A DNA stretch of 64,000 bases from Eubacteriales bacterium (GCA_048526005.1 DBFVEH010000005.1:2727-66726), one strand, 5' to 3'. Positions 35,649 through 47,267 are shown, counted from the stretch's first letter. Program-made: numbers and translations. The notes: generated from the sequence alone by a model not told the origin.

Positions 35649-36146
35649 ATGACATTTTCTGATTTTTTGAGCACAATTTTCACCGGCACAAATCTTGCGC
35701 TTCTCGGCGCAGTGCTTGCCGTCGCGTTCTCGGGCTTCGGCTCCGCTAAGGGCGTCGGCATGGTGAGCGAGGCCTCCGCGGGGCTTCTCACGGAGGATCC
35801 CTCCAAGTTCGGTAAGGCGATGGTTTTGCAGGCGCTCCCCGCTACGCAGGGTATTTACGGATTTGTTATCGCGTTCCTCATCGCCGTGGTGAAGCTGGAT
35901 ATCATGTCCGGTACGCCTGTCGAGCTGACGATAGGACAGGGCATGTATCTGTTCTGTTCCGCGCTTCCCATCGCGCTCGGCGGCTGGGTATCCGCCCTCA
36001 AGCAGGCGAGAGTGGCGACGGCCGGCATTTCCGTGCTTGCCAAGCGTCCCGAGGCGGTCGGCAAGGCGATCATTTCCTCGGCGCTTGTCGAGATGTATGC
36101 GATTCTCGCGTTCCTGATCTCCATTCTGCTCGTGCTGTCGTTTTAA
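35649..36146 (+). CDS. ntpK: V-type ATP synthase subunit K (proteolipid)
   Basis: Four-helix duplicated c-subunit pattern: GSAKGVGMV ... ALVEMYAILAFLISILL. Confidence 0.85.
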   Translation: MTFSDFLSTIFTGTNLALLGAVLAVAFSGFGSAKGVGMVSEASAGLLTEDPSKFGKAMVLQALPATQGIYGFVIAFLIAVVKLDIMSGTPVELTIGQGMYLFCSALPIALGGWVSALKQARVATAGISVLAKRPEAVGKAIISSALVEMYAILAFLISILLVLSF

Positions 36147-36164
36147 GCTCGGAGAAACGCTCTT

Positions 36165-36764
36165 ATGAACGCAGAAACAGGAATCGAAACCATCATAAGC
36201 CGGATCGAAGCGGACGTCGAGGCGGAGCTTGCCGCCTCCCGTGAGGCGTTTGAAAAAGAGCTTGCGGCGCTTGCCGCCGAGCATTCGGCCTCTCTTCAGA
36301 ACATAAAAGACGACGCTCAGCGCCGTGCGGCGGAAGCCGTGGAAAAAGAGCTGCAAAGAGGGCGCTCCGCCGCCGTATCTGCCTCGCGCGGAATCCTTGC
36401 GCAGGAGAAAAGTGAGCTTGTGCGCCGCGCCTTTGAGCTGGCGGCAAAAAGCTTTGCTTCCATGGAAACGGAGCGGTATCTCGCTATCATGGCTCCGATG
36501 CTTACCTCCGGCGCGGCGGAATTTCCGGCCGGCGCCATGCTTACGCTCGTTGTTCCCGAGGGACATCCGGTTTCCGGCGAAACGCTCGCCGCGGCAGCGA
36601 AAGTACAGATTGACCGCATCGAGATAAGCGGTGAATTTGACGCCGGCTTTCTCCTCTTTTCGGAGGAGCTGGAGCTGAACTGCATTCCCTCGAAGCTTAT
36701 CGGCGACCGATATGAGGAGCTGTCCCCGCGCGTCGCCGCCATTCTCTTTGAGAGAGAAGCCTAA
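36165..36764 (+). CDS. ntpE: V-type ATP synthase subunit E
   Basis: Long N-terminal helix (IISRIEADVEAELAASREAFEKELAAL), a globular C-terminus, and operon position. Confidence 0.8.
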   Translation: MNAETGIETIISRIEADVEAELAASREAFEKELAALAAEHSASLQNIKDDAQRRAAEAVEKELQRGRSAAVSASRGILAQEKSELVRRAFELAAKSFASMETERYLAIMAPMLTSGAAEFPAGAMLTLVVPEGHPVSGETLAAAAKVQIDRIEISGEFDAGFLLFSEELELNCIPSKLIGDRYEELSPRVAAILFEREA

Positions 36765-36782
36765 CGAAAGGGGGATCTTGCC

Positions 36783-37757
36783 TTGTCAGCACCCCGGCAA
36801 AACGATTATATCTATGCGTCGGCGCGCATTGGCGTGCTGGAAAACGCAATTTTGACAAAAGAACAGTATGATAAGCTGATCTTCGCGCCTGCGGGCACGG
36901 AACGGCAGATGCTCATCTCCTTTGGATATCCGAAGTTAGAAAAGGCGCCGCTTTCCGAGCTGCTCGAAAAGCGTGTGGAGGAAGCGTTCGATACGGTATG
37001 CGAAACGGTGTCGGACGGCTCGGTTTTCGATGCGCTGCGATATCCGTATGACTGTATGAACTTAAAGGCCGTGATCAAATGCTCGCTGAGAGCCGGCTTC
37101 CGCGCCGAGGATTTCCTTTCGGATATCGGAACCGTGCCGCCGGAAAAGGCAGCGCAGGCGCTTCGTGAGGGCGATTTTTCGCCGTATCCCGCTCATATGG
37201 CTGGGGCTGCGGCGCAGGTGACGGAGGCTTATCCGAAAACGTCCGATCCGTCGATCATCGACGCGGCGCTCGACCGCGCGTGCTTTTTGGATATGAAAAC
37301 GGCGGCGCAGGCTTCGGGTATTCCGGAGCTTTCGGAATATGTGGCGCGGAAGATCGATGTTGTCAATACCGTGATGTGCGCACGGCTGATGAAAAATGCG
37401 GAAGGTCGCTTTGACGGCGGCTTCCTTGACGGCGGCTCAGTCTCTTATGAAAAGCTGTCGGCGTGCTTGGCGTCCGGCTCTTTTGCGAAAGAGGCTTTTC
37501 GCGGTACGCTTTTGGAGACGGTCACGGAGGAGATATTATCCGCCGAAGCGCCCGCCGCGCTTGAACGGGTGCTCGATTTGTTTGAGATGAAGCAGATCGT
37601 TCCGTATCAGAATGCGTATTTCGGCGCGGCGCGGCTTGTCGGATATCTCCTCGCCTATGAGGCGGAGGTGAAAAATCTGCGCATTATCCTTGCGGGAAGA
37701 ATCGCGGGAGACGCGGGAGAGAAAATAAAGGAAAGGCTGCGCGGAATTTATGTATAA
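36783..37757 (+). CDS. ntpC: V-type ATP synthase subunit C (d-type)
   Basis: YIYASARIGVLENAILTKEQYDKL N-terminus, 324 aa, and operon position. TTG start. Confidence 0.8.
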   Translation: MSAPRQNDYIYASARIGVLENAILTKEQYDKLIFAPAGTERQMLISFGYPKLEKAPLSELLEKRVEEAFDTVCETVSDGSVFDALRYPYDCMNLKAVIKCSLRAGFRAEDFLSDIGTVPPEKAAQALREGDFSPYPAHMAGAAAQVTEAYPKTSDPSIIDAALDRACFLDMKTAAQASGIPELSEYVARKIDVVNTVMCARLMKNAEGRFDGGFLDGGSVSYEKLSACLASGSFAKEAFRGTLLETVTEEILSAEAPAALERVLDLFEMKQIVPYQNAYFGAARLVGYLLAYEAEVKNLRIILAGRIAGDAGEKIKERLRGIYV

Positions 37758-38076
37758 AATAGGAATTATCGGCGAGGGCGACAGCGTTCTCGGCTTCCTC
37801 ACCGCCGGCTTTTCGGTGTTTCCGGTGGAATCGTCCGAGGAGGCGGCGAGCACGCTTCATTCGCTTGCAAAGGACGATTACGCGATTATTTTCATCACGG
37901 AGGATCTCGCGGACGGGATCGGAGAGGATCTTGCGAAATATCGGGAATGTGCCGTTCCTGCGGTCATTCTGATCCCGTCAAAGGACGGGACGGCGGGAGT
38001 CGGCATGTCGAATATTCGTGAGAGCGTCATTCGCGCGGTGGGCGCGGATATTTTGTTCGGCTCCGATGAGACATAA
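37750..38076 (+). CDS. V-type ATP synthase subunit F
   Basis: [21 protein letters not shown]...[11 protein letters not shown], 108 aa. Confidence 0.85.
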   Translation: MYKIGIIGEGDSVLGFLTAGFSVFPVESSEEAASTLHSLAKDDYAIIFITEDLADGIGEDLAKYRECAVPAVILIPSKDGTAGVGMSNIRESVIRAVGADILFGSDET

Positions 38077-38129
38077 AATCATACAATGCGCGGACGCTTG
38101 TCCGCGCGGAAAGGGAAGTTGCTTATAAT

Positions 38130-39887
38130 ATGGCTGAGGGAAAAATCATCAAGGTTTCAGGCCCGCTTGTCATCGCGGGCGGCATGAGAGACGCCAATAT
38201 GTTCGACGTCGTGCGGATCGGCGCGGCGGGACTCATCGGCGAGATCATCGAAATGCACGGAGACCGGGCGTCGATCCAGGTTTATGAGGAAACGGCGGGA
38301 CTCGGCTGCGGCGACCGCGTTGTCTCGACCGGCGAGCCGCTTTCCGTCGAGCTGGGACCCGGGCTTATCACAAACATATACGACGGCATCCAGCGTCCGC
38401 TGGAAAGCATTTTTCATAAATACGGCACCAATATCACAAGAGGCATTTCCGAGCCGGCGCTCGACAGGAAGAAAAAATGGCATTTCACGCCGACCGTTTC
38501 GACCGGGGACTCCGTGACGGCGGGAGATGTGATCGGAACGGTTGCGGAAACCGAGCTTATGCTCCATAAAATCATGGTTCCCTACGGGATTTCCGGCGTT
38601 GTGAGCGAGATTGCGGAGGGGGATTATACCGTCACGGATACGGTCTGCAGGATTGCCGCGCAGAGCGGTACGGCGGCGCTTTCCCTCATGTGCAAGTGGC
38701 CTGTCCGCCGTGCGCGTGCGTATGCAAAAAAGCTCGCGCCGGATGAGCTGATGATCACGGGACAGCGCGTCATCGACGCGATGTTCCCGATCGCCAAGGG
38801 CGGAACGGCGTGTGTTCCGGGGCCGTTCGGCTCCGGCAAGACGGTCGTTCAGCATCAGCTTGCGAAATGGAGCAATGTGGATCTTGTGGTCTATATCGGC
38901 TGCGGCGAGCGCGGCAATGAGATGACCGACGTTCTACGTGAATTTCCGGAGCTGCGCGACCCGCGCACGGGACATTCGATCATGAAGCGCACGGTGCTGA
39001 TCGCGAATACCTCCGATATGCCGGTCGCGGCGCGCGAGGCTTCGATCTATACCGGCATCACGATCGCCGAGTATTTCCGCGATATGGGATATTCCGTCGC
39101 GGTCATCGCGGATTCCTCCTCGCGCTGGGCGGAGGCGCTGCGCGAGATGTCCGGACGGCTTGAGGAGATGCCCGGCGAGGAGGGCTATCCCGCGTATCTG
39201 ACCTCGCGGCTTGCACAGTTCTACGAACGCGCGGGGCGCGTGGTCTGTCTCGGTTCGGACGGCAGAGAGGGAACGCTTTCCGCCATCGGCGCGGTTTCGC
39301 CGCAGGGCGGCGACCTTTCGGAGCCGGTTACGCAGGCGACGCTGCGTATCGTCAAGGTATTTTGGGGACTCGAATCGAATCTCGCCTACCGCCGCCATTT
39401 TCCGGCGATCAACTGGCTGAATTCGTATTCCCTCTATAAAGACAGGCTGGAGCCGTGGTTCCGTGAGCATGTCGGCCGCGGATTTTCCGAGGCGACTGCG
39501 GAGGCGATGCGGCTTTTGCAGGCGGAAAGCGAGCTCGACGAGATCGTGAAGCTCGTCGGCGCGGACGCGCTTTCCCCGAAGGAACGGCTTACGCTGGAGG
39601 CGGCGCGTTCCGTGCGCGAGGATTTCTTACAGCAGAACGCCTTTGACGAATTCGATTCGTATACACCGCTGGATAAACAGTACCGCCTGCTGCTTCTGAT
39701 CCTTTCTTACTATAATAAATCACTTGCAGCGGTCGAAAAAGGCGCGGATGCGGAGGCGCTCGCGGATATGAATGTCAGAGAGAAAATCGGCCGCGCCAAG
39801 AGCGCGCCGGACAATACCTATGTTTCCGATTTTGAAGCCATCGATCATGAGATCGATGCGGAAATCGAAACCATTCTTTGCAGATAA
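38130..39887 (+). CDS. ntpA: V-type ATP synthase catalytic subunit A
   Basis: GPFGSGKTV Walker [20 protein letters not shown], 585 aa. Confidence 0.95.
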   Translation: MAEGKIIKVSGPLVIAGGMRDANMFDVVRIGAAGLIGEIIEMHGDRASIQVYEETAGLGCGDRVVSTGEPLSVELGPGLITNIYDGIQRPLESIFHKYGTNITRGISEPALDRKKKWHFTPTVSTGDSVTAGDVIGTVAETELMLHKIMVPYGISGVVSEIAEGDYTVTDTVCRIAAQSGTAALSLMCKWPVRRARAYAKKLAPDELMITGQRVIDAMFPIAKGGTACVPGPFGSGKTVVQHQLAKWSNVDLVVYIGCGERGNEMTDVLREFPELRDPRTGHSIMKRTVLIANTSDMPVAAREASIYTGITIAEYFRDMGYSVAVIADSSSRWAEALREMSGRLEEMPGEEGYPAYLTSRLAQFYERAGRVVCLGSDGREGTLSAIGAVSPQGGDLSEPVTQATLRIVKVFWGLESNLAYRRHFPAINWLNSYSLYKDRLEPWFREHVGRGFSEATAEAMRLLQAESELDEIVKLVGADALSPKERLTLEAARSVREDFLQQNAFDEFDSYTPLDKQYRLLLLILSYYNKSLAAVEKGADAEALADMNVREKIGRAKSAPDNTYVSDFEAIDHEIDAEIETILCR

Positions 39888-39899
39888 GGAGGTGCCGGA

Positions 39900-41279
39900 A
39901 TGATTAAGGAATACAGAACCATTGAAGAAGTCGCGGGACCTCTGATGCTGGTGCGCGGCACCACGGATGTCAAATATGACGAGCTTGGGGAGATCGAGCT
40001 TGCGGACGGGTCATTGCGCCGCTGCCGTGTGCTGGAGGTAAACGGGAGCGACGTGCTGGTACAGCTGTTTGAAAGCTCCGCCGGCATCAATCTTTCCACC
40101 GACAAGGTGCGTTTTCTTGGGCATGGGGCGACGCTCGGCGTGTCCGAAGATATGCTCGGCCGCGTTTTTTCCGGCATGGGCAAGCCGATCGACGGCGGTC
40201 CCGCGCTGATTCCGGAGAAGCTGCTCGATATCGGCGGTACGCCGATCAATCCTGCGGCGCGAAACTATCCGTCCGAGTTCATCCAGACCGGAATCTCCAC
40301 GATCGACGGACTTAACACGCTGGTTCGCGGACAGAAGCTGCCGATTTTCTCGGCGTCCGGACTTCCGCACGCGAAGCTTGCGGCACAGATCGCAAGACAG
40401 GCACGTGTCCGCGGCTCGGATGCGGGCTTTGCCGTGGTATTCGCGGCGGTCGGCATCACCTTTGAGGAAGCGGATTTCTTTATCGAGGATTTTGCGCGCA
40501 CCGGCGCGCTCGATCACACGGTGCTTTTCATCAACCTTGCCTCCGACGCCGCCATCGAGCGAATCTCGACGCCGCGTATGGCGCTGACGGCGGCGGAATA
40601 TCTTGCGTTTGATAAGAATATGCATGTGCTCGTCATCATTACCGATATCACGAATTACGCCGAAGCGCTGCGGGAGGTTTCCTCCGCGCGCAAGGAGGTG
40701 CCGGGACGGCGCGGCTATCCGGGTTATCTTTACACAGACCTTGCGACGATGTACGAGCGTGCGGGACGCAAGGAGGGCTCGGAGGGCTCGATCACGATGA
40801 TCCCGATTCTGACGATGCCCGAGGATGATAAAACGCATCCGATCCCCGACCTTACGGGATATATCACGGAGGGACAGATCATCCTCTCTCGTGATCTTTA
40901 TCGAAAAGGCGTGCTGCCTCCCGTGGATGTGCTTCCGTCGCTTTCCCGTCTGAAGGACAAGGGGATCGGCGCCGGAAAAACGCGCGAGGACCATGCCGGC
41001 ACGATGAATCAGCTTTTTTCTTGCTATGCGCGCGGCAAGGAAGCGAAAGAGCTCATGGTGGTGCTCGGGGAGGCGGCGCTGACGCCGACCGACCGGCTGT
41101 ATGCAAAATTTGCGGACGAATTCGAGCGTCGTTATGTGAATCAGGGGTTTGACGAAAACCGCACGATTGAGGAAACGCTGGATCTCGGCTGGGAGCTGCT
41201 CTCCATTTTCCCGCGCAGTGAGCTCAAGCGCATCAAGCCGGAGCTTATCGACCGGTATATGCCGGGATCCAAGGGATAA
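39900..41279 (+). CDS. ntpB: V-type ATP synthase subunit B
   Basis: [49 protein letters not shown]. Confidence 0.95.
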   Translation: MIKEYRTIEEVAGPLMLVRGTTDVKYDELGEIELADGSLRRCRVLEVNGSDVLVQLFESSAGINLSTDKVRFLGHGATLGVSEDMLGRVFSGMGKPIDGGPALIPEKLLDIGGTPINPAARNYPSEFIQTGISTIDGLNTLVRGQKLPIFSASGLPHAKLAAQIARQARVRGSDAGFAVVFAAVGITFEEADFFIEDFARTGALDHTVLFINLASDAAIERISTPRMALTAAEYLAFDKNMHVLVIITDITNYAEALREVSSARKEVPGRRGYPGYLYTDLATMYERAGRKEGSEGSITMIPILTMPEDDKTHPIPDLTGYITEGQIILSRDLYRKGVLPPVDVLPSLSRLKDKGIGAGKTREDHAGTMNQLFSCYARGKEAKELMVVLGEAALTPTDRLYAKFADEFERRYVNQGFDENRTIEETLDLGWELLSIFPRSELKRIKPELIDRYMPGSKG

Positions 41280-41304
41280 GTATTCTTGAAAAGGAGGCAT
41301 CGCT

Positions 41305-41961
41305 ATGGCAGAAATTCGGGTCAATCCGACGCGCATGGAGCAGAAAAAGCTGAAAGCAAGGCTTGCCGTCGCCCGCCGCGGGCACAAGCTGATGCGCGAC
41401 AAGAGAGATGAGCTGATGCGCCAGTTTCTCGATGTTGTAAAGGAAGCGGCGGAGCTTCGGCGCCGCGTCGAAGAGGCGCTTGTCAAATCCTATCGGAGCT
41501 TTTCCGCGGCCGCTGCGCTCACATCTCCGAAGCAGATGAGCGTTGCGTTGATGCTGGCGGGCGGAGAATCGGAGCTTGCGGTATCGACCAAAAACGTCAT
41601 GGGCGTGGATGTCCCTCGCTTTGAATATTCCGTGGGAACGGCGGAGCATGCAAGCTACGGTATGGCGTTTACCTCCGCTGAGCTTGACCTTGCCGTGACG
41701 GAGCTTTCCGGCGTTATTTATGATATGATACGGCTTGCGGAGCTTGAAAAGACCTCGCAGCTTTTGGCGGAGCAGATCGAAAAGGCGCGCCGCCGCGTCA
41801 ACGCGCTCGAGCATATCATGATCCCGCAGATCGAGAGGGCGATTTCCTCCATTTCTATGAAGCTGGATGAGAATGAGCGCGCCAATACGACGCGGCTTAT
41901 GAAGGTCAAGGATATGATGCTGGAAAAGAAAATCGAAGCCGATCGAAAAAACGAAACATAA
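41305..41961 (+). CDS. ntpD: V-type ATP synthase subunit D
   Basis: VNPTRMEQKKLKARLAVARRGHKLMRDKRDEL N-terminus and a coiled-coil C-terminus. Confidence 0.9.
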   Translation: MAEIRVNPTRMEQKKLKARLAVARRGHKLMRDKRDELMRQFLDVVKEAAELRRRVEEALVKSYRSFSAAAALTSPKQMSVALMLAGGESELAVSTKNVMGVDVPRFEYSVGTAEHASYGMAFTSAELDLAVTELSGVIYDMIRLAELEKTSQLLAEQIEKARRRVNALEHIMIPQIERAISSISMKLDENERANTTRLMKVKDMMLEKKIEADRKNET

Positions 41962-41993
41962 AAATCCGCCGCAGTCTGCGGCGGATTTTCTTT
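41961..41993 (+). terminator. Rho-independent terminator of the ntp operon
   Basis: AAAATCCGCCGCAG-tc-TGCGGCGGATTTTCTTT. Confidence 0.8.
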
Positions 41994-42012
41994 GGAATGA
42001 AGTAACCTTTAG

Positions 42013-42201
42013 GGAGGGGCGTACAAAAAATTACGCCATACGACGGCGAGCGTCTTACTTGACAGCGGATGGAGTTTGGAAGATGTGAAAAACTGGCTCG
42101 GCCATGCGGATATAGAGACGACAAGCAATATATATCTGCACTATGGTAGAGACCGAAAAATTTTGCTTGCGGAGGAGCTTGTCGGGATGTTTCATATATG
42201 A
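42013..42201 (+). pseudogene. Tyrosine recombinase, C-terminal approx 60 aa only
   Basis: LRHTTASVLLDSGWSLEDVKNWLGHADIETTSNIYLHYGRDRK carries box II with the catalytic His/Tyr region. The frame opens right after a TAG and lacks the first approx 300 codons. Confidence 0.7.
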
Positions 42202-42451
42202 AAAAAGCCTTGCAAAAACAAGGCTTCGATAAGGATGGTTGAAGAAATCAAGTAAAATCAAGGCTTTGTGGACAGTGACAGACAATGCAATCATCCAAAA
42301 CTGAATAAGTTTACAGAGCAGGGATACCGTTTTCCATGATGGTATCCCTTTTCTGTTGTTTCTGTCCTCATAAACAGGATCATCACGCACGCCGTAGGTA
42401 CAAAAACCTATGGCGTTTTTTTACGCCCATTTTCGGAAAGGAGCGGGATCA

Positions 42452-42637
42452 ATGAAGCTGAATGAAGCGGAAATGAGGATGGCGTATCAGATTGAGGCTA
42501 CCAGCCAGAGCGCCGCCCTGAATGAGATTTACATGACCTGGCGCTATACGCAAGGCCGGGAGACAATGCACACGGAACGTATGCAGGTATTGAAGAATAT
42601 CTTAAAGAATATGCTGCCAAAAAGCAATCATAAATAA
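42452..42637 (+). CDS. Small protein (61 aa), resembles transposon-transfer-assisting family proteins
   Basis: MKLNEAEMRMAYQIEATSQSAALNEIYM... with AAAGGAG RBS. The family resemblance is recalled from memory only. Confidence 0.35.
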   Translation: MKLNEAEMRMAYQIEATSQSAALNEIYMTWRYTQGRETMHTERMQVLKNILKNMLPKSNHK

Positions 42638-42685
42638 ACGCACCGCCGAGAGTAATCGTTTGGTTTATCTCGGCGGTGATTAGCT

Positions 42686-42968
42686 TTAGTGATAAATTAT
42701 CTCGTTCAGTACGATTTTCTCTGCTTCGTGTTTCGCGTTATTCATTTCCTGCGCCCAGCGGAGCGGACCAGTAGTTTTGAGTTCTTCGGTGATGCCGCGC
42801 TCTTTTACCAGCCGGGAGAGGGTGAGGTCAATCTGTCGCTTTGCCTTTTGGTCAGTATTGTAGAAATGCCGATTAAGAGTACCTAACGTAAGAAGCGTAG
42901 TGTAGATTCCTCGATGATGCTACTTGAGGTAATCCAAGCACATCTTTATCATACATCGATAGTGCCAT
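42686..42968 (-). pseudogene. TnpV-like gene, frameshifted/internally deleted
   Basis: C-terminal frame without a start: HRGIYTTLLLTLGTLNRHFYNTDQKAKRQIDLTLSRLVKERGITEELKTTGPLRWAQEMNNAKHEAEKIVLNEIIYH. A separate short N-terminal frame MALSMYDKDVLGLPQ has a GGAAGGAG RBS. Confidence 0.45.
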
Positions 42969-43661
42969 TTTCTCCTTCCACATTCAAGCAAATATTCCTC
43001 GGTACGGTCAATTTCCATTTGCTGTTCAGATCAAAAAGTATCTTAGGAAAGCCTTTGAACCGGGCAATTTATGATGAGGATTCCAGTGAAATGATTGAAA
43101 TCATGGCAGGTGATTTCCTGATTGTTTATGTTCCGTCAACAAGCGAAAATTATGAAAGTTTGCACCTGAACTCAGCCGAAAATATGAGATGAATTTCTAT
43201 TATCCGCAGAATTTTTTCAAGATAAATGGTGAGATTAAGGCTATTCCGTACCGTCCAAAAAAGGATGATCCGGAAAGATAATGAAAGTCGTGGATACGAC
43301 TTGTCTATTAGTCTTAGCAAGCACTGAATTTGGTATACCAAATTTGCTTTTTAGAGGGCTTTGCGCCCCTAAAACCCCGCCTGTTTTCATGAGGAAGTGA
43401 AGAGAGGATATTGTTCATTTGAATGAGGATAAATTGTGAAATGTGAATGACAAATTCGCTTGCAAGGATGAATACCGAAAGGAATTTATCGGCAATATAA
43501 TTTGCGATATGCAGCTACGGAAAAATCCGCCAATTCTTTGAATTTATCAGAATGATTTTTTAAGAACTGCGCAATTCAATTGTGCGGTCATATTTTATAT
43601 AGTGGAGCATATACGCAATATGGCTGTAAACAAATTCAAAATTACAAAATATGAATTTCTA

Positions 43662-43690
43662 TTGACAATATTTTATAAAAATGTTAAAAT
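43662..43690 (+). promoter_or_regulatory. Promoter (TTGACA-17 nt-TAAAAT)
   Basis: TTGACA at 43662-43667 and TAAAAT at 43685-43690. This places the ORF-track ATG at 43681 upstream of the likely transcription start. Confidence 0.5.
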
Positions 43691-43737
43691 TGATATGTAA
43701 AAATATTGCATTATACAATAAATGGCAAGGTGTTTTT

Positions 43738-45735
43738 GTGAAAAAGTTTATGTCAATAGCGATTGTTACTACTTTAATTTTACATTGTATGATCAGTCCT
43801 CTTTCAGCCCATATCTCCACTGCATTTTTTAATATTTATCTCAACGGCAAACAAGACATAGATTTATCAGGAGTTAAGGCAGACATTTACTATCAAGTAG
43901 ATGTTGTTCAGTATACAGAACAGCTAACAATTTTTGACAAGAAATATATATGTTCAGTGACTTCAAACAGAGATGGGATGCTTTCATTTCCCAAACCTGG
44001 TGCGTCGTTTATTGTTGAATTCGATTTATCAACGCTTCCAGCGGGAACGGGTGTGAAAAAGCAAACGTTAATTTATGATGTTGATTCGAACTCCGATGCG
44101 GTGACAGTGTATCCGGTTGCATCGGTTCAGCCCTCATTATCATCTGATGAATTGAATTTTGTTTTTAAAGGTGAAAATGATGACAATATTCTTGTAAATT
44201 ATGAACTTGTATCTCATAAGGTAGAAGAACTTGCTCAAAAGGCAACATTAGATTCATCGGCAATTTCATGCACGCTTAAACATTACGGAGATGTTGATGT
44301 CAACGGAGCTGTTTATTCATATCATGTCAATAAGAATTACTCCGATTTGAACGAATTGGAATATGCCAACCTTCTTTTCAATGAAGGTGCGATCACATAT
44401 GATAAGCGAATTGATATGATATGTGATGCTTTGCAGAATAATGGCGGGAACAAATATTTGTCTTGCGAAACGATGTATATGTTGGAGGGAGTGCAGCGTG
44501 AGACAAATAATTTGGAATTAAAGCAAAAAATAAGTAATACACTTGCAACAACATCATCTGGATATATCGATGATCCAGCAACATTCAAATATATTGCTCG
44601 TACTTTTTACTGTCACAATGAGATGAATTGTTGTGAGGGAGGTATTCATGAAATCAGAGTATATTATAGCAATTCAATTTGTTCTACCGCTAAAGCGAGT
44701 GCATTGGCGGATGAACTAATAAATGTTTTTGAGTTTTATTGTACAGAATTACATTTCAGATGTCCCAAGTCAATTACGCATACAAATTCAATACCTGACA
44801 CAGGAAGAAGTTTTTGTGTAATTTTATCCATTGATGCAGGATTAGGAAAAGCCCCTTGGGAGGGAGAAGCTAGACATATTGTTGCTAATCCCAATGCTTA
44901 CGAAATATCTGATGGCCATTTTACTACTTTTTCACATGAGTTTATGCACTGTATTCAACGAGAATATAATTTGACTGGATTTAGTAAAGACACATGGATT
45001 AATGAAGCTTGTGCCAATTTAGGTACTATGATGTATTGTGAGTATAACGGTGTATTATCTGCTAAAATTAAAGAGGTCAAGGCTGGAATTAAGGAGTATT
45101 TACAAAGTACTAAAACCAGTATAATAACGGGAAGTGGATATAGACATTACTCAATACTACTTCCTCTTTTTCTATATCAAGCTTTTGATGGATCGGAAAC
45201 GATACGACAGATGTATGAGCAAATTTATTATCAGAGACCAAGAACTGATGAAAATTTCATTAATCATACCCAGATTTTTGCTGCAATCAGCAATGTCGTG
45301 TCGGCGAAAGGAGATTCATTACGTGCTGTTTTAGAGGATTTTGGACGTAAAAATTATAATTATGCGGATTTTTATAATTGGCTCAGAGGAACAAATTGGA
45401 CGGAGGTGCAACTTAATAAAGATTACCTAATCCATAGCTCGGCAAATAAATCTACGATAGAAAATATTGGCTACGGATATTATGAGCTTACATCTTCTCC
45501 ACGTACTGTTACAATAACAATCAATGCCCAATGTTCAGATCCTACAGAGATTACTTGTTGGGTTATTGAAGGTTTTGGTGATACCAAGGTTGCCAAAGAG
45601 ACAAAAATTAGGTTAACCGGTTCGACATTGAATATGAATTATACGTTTGTTTCTTCTCTTGGTAATAATTTGTGTTTGATTGTTGAAAACACCTCTATAA
45701 CGAATAGTTCTGATATTACAATTACAGTAAACTAA
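43738..45735 (+). CDS. Secreted protein with an HExxH zinc-metallopeptidase motif (approx 665 aa)
   Basis: Signal peptide VKKFMSIAIVTTLILHCMISPLSA. FSHEFMHCIQ motif. AT-rich. GTG start at 43738 (alternative ATG at 43750). Confidence 0.65.
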   Translation: MKKFMSIAIVTTLILHCMISPLSAHISTAFFNIYLNGKQDIDLSGVKADIYYQVDVVQYTEQLTIFDKKYICSVTSNRDGMLSFPKPGASFIVEFDLSTLPAGTGVKKQTLIYDVDSNSDAVTVYPVASVQPSLSSDELNFVFKGENDDNILVNYELVSHKVEELAQKATLDSSAISCTLKHYGDVDVNGAVYSYHVNKNYSDLNELEYANLLFNEGAITYDKRIDMICDALQNNGGNKYLSCETMYMLEGVQRETNNLELKQKISNTLATTSSGYIDDPATFKYIARTFYCHNEMNCCEGGIHEIRVYYSNSICSTAKASALADELINVFEFYCTELHFRCPKSITHTNSIPDTGRSFCVILSIDAGLGKAPWEGEARHIVANPNAYEISDGHFTTFSHEFMHCIQREYNLTGFSKDTWINEACANLGTMMYCEYNGVLSAKIKEVKAGIKEYLQSTKTSIITGSGYRHYSILLPLFLYQAFDGSETIRQMYEQIYYQRPRTDENFINHTQIFAAISNVVSAKGDSLRAVLEDFGRKNYNYADFYNWLRGTNWTEVQLNKDYLIHSSANKSTIENIGYGYYELTSSPRTVTITINAQCSDPTEITCWVIEGFGDTKVAKETKIRLTGSTLNMNYTFVSSLGNNLCLIVENTSITNSSDITITVN

Positions 45736-45755
45736 TGATAGAAAGGAGCATTTTT

Positions 45756-46439
45756 ATGAGGAAATATATACGTTTGTTTTTGGTAATTATATGCTGTGCT
45801 GTGATTTTGGCATCGTGCGCCGACAAGATGCCGATAGAAACAACCGCATCTGAGGTGACAGATTCTTCCGAAACAACAAAATGGATAGACACAGAGATGA
45901 CACGACCACCCTTGTATACACAAATAAGGGATACAGAACCGCTCAAACCGGAACTGCCGGAATTGCAGGAAAAAATCGATCGCAATCAACAATACAGCAG
46001 TGGGGTTCCTTCCAAAGTGATTATTGAATGCGGAGAGCAGCGTGATGTGCCGTTTCTGTTACTTATGTGCGGGCGTTTAGCTAACGTTTTAGTAGACGGA
46101 TACGCCATTTCTATATATAGACCGGAACAGATTTTAAGGGATTCGGTGTATTATCCCACTTACACCATCACGGGAGATGAGGATTTCATGGTATATTCCA
46201 ATGATGCTGTGCAGGATGATTGGCGGAATTCCGGAATTACCGTTGTTGACCTTTCTGAGCCAGAAAAAACATCGGGAAGTTATAGCTCCGTATCCGAACT
46301 CCATGAGAAATTTGCAAAAGGTGTTTATTATGCATATGTGGATGTTCGATGTGATGGAGATGATATTATGCTGGATGGAAGAAAGATTGACCAGGAATAT
46401 ATGTCTTATCGTGCCTATTTCATTCTGGAATTGGTTTAG
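45756..46439 (+). CDS. Lipoprotein of unknown function
   Basis: MRKYIRLFLVIICCAVILASCADK has a lipobox. AAAGGAG RBS. It lies 20 nt downstream of the HExxH gene. Confidence 0.7.
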   Translation: MRKYIRLFLVIICCAVILASCADKMPIETTASEVTDSSETTKWIDTEMTRPPLYTQIRDTEPLKPELPELQEKIDRNQQYSSGVPSKVIIECGEQRDVPFLLLMCGRLANVLVDGYAISIYRPEQILRDSVYYPTYTITGDEDFMVYSNDAVQDDWRNSGITVVDLSEPEKTSGSYSSVSELHEKFAKGVYYAYVDVRCDGDDIMLDGRKIDQEYMSYRAYFILELV

Positions 46440-46889
46440 CTTTTATTTGTATATTTCGGAGTAAACATTTTAAGATGTTTTGAAAAAATTCCGATTTCAG
46501 CAAAGCCTTGTTGAAATTACATATTTATAATGCCGTGTGTAGAAAGTATTGATGGACATTTGTCTGATTGGTTCCTTTACACGCGGTGTTTTATTATCCT
46601 TGAATTGCATTCATGTTTTGACAGAGTGAATTTGTAAAATGCCGGGGATCAGTAAGATGGCAGTGAGCAGAAAAATAGCAAAATTCAGAAAATGAAAAAT
46701 AATTTTTCAAAATGGTTTACAGAATGCCTGTTTTTTGGGCTATGTAATTGAAAGCATGATTTTTGCACTTTGAAATTTCTTTTAGAATTTCGGAAATGGG
46801 GGTTCAAAACACCGGAAAAAGAGTGATTGGTGAGGAACATATGATTCTCAAAAATTGAATAGACACTCCATAAAAAATAAAAAGCATGA

Positions 46890-47201
46890 ATGGAAACAAT
46901 GAACGGTTACCTCTTCATAGCTGATAACCACATCTTCAATTACGGATTAAAATCCAGAGATATTGCGGTTTACTGTACATTATGCCGTCATCGAAACAAG
47001 GAAGCTGGTGCAGCCTTTCCATCACAAAAAACGATTGCAAAAGAATGTGGAATTGGCAAGGTGGACACTGTGGACAAAGCATTGAGAAAGCTCTGCAAGA
47101 TGGGACTGATCAGCGGGCGACAGCGGAGTTATACGGACGAGCAGTTGGATGAGTTGCTTTCCCGTCAGGCAGGAGCAGCAAAGGTGAAGCGGATCGGATA
47201 A
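46890..47201 (+). CDS. Helix-turn-helix protein, replication-initiator/DnaD-like N-terminal wHTH type (possibly truncated)
   Basis: LKSRDIAVYCTLCRHRNKEAGAAFPSQKTIAKECGIGKVDTVDKALRKLCKMGLI. Followed by a hairpin + T-run at about 47202-47235. Confidence 0.5.
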   Translation: METMNGYLFIADNHIFNYGLKSRDIAVYCTLCRHRNKEAGAAFPSQKTIAKECGIGKVDTVDKALRKLCKMGLISGRQRSYTDEQLDELLSRQAGAAKVKRIG

Positions 47202-47267
47202 AATCAAGGAACCGCTGAGATCCCTTGATTTTTCGGGGGAGATGAGCGTAGGTAAATATAGGATGAA

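Noticed and set aside
42914-43341. ORFs 42914-43192 (+) and 43150-43341 (-) in the decayed element.
   Set aside because: They have no RBS and no motifs. They overlap the TnpV-like pseudogene region and each other, so they are probably chance frames in degraded AT-rich DNA.
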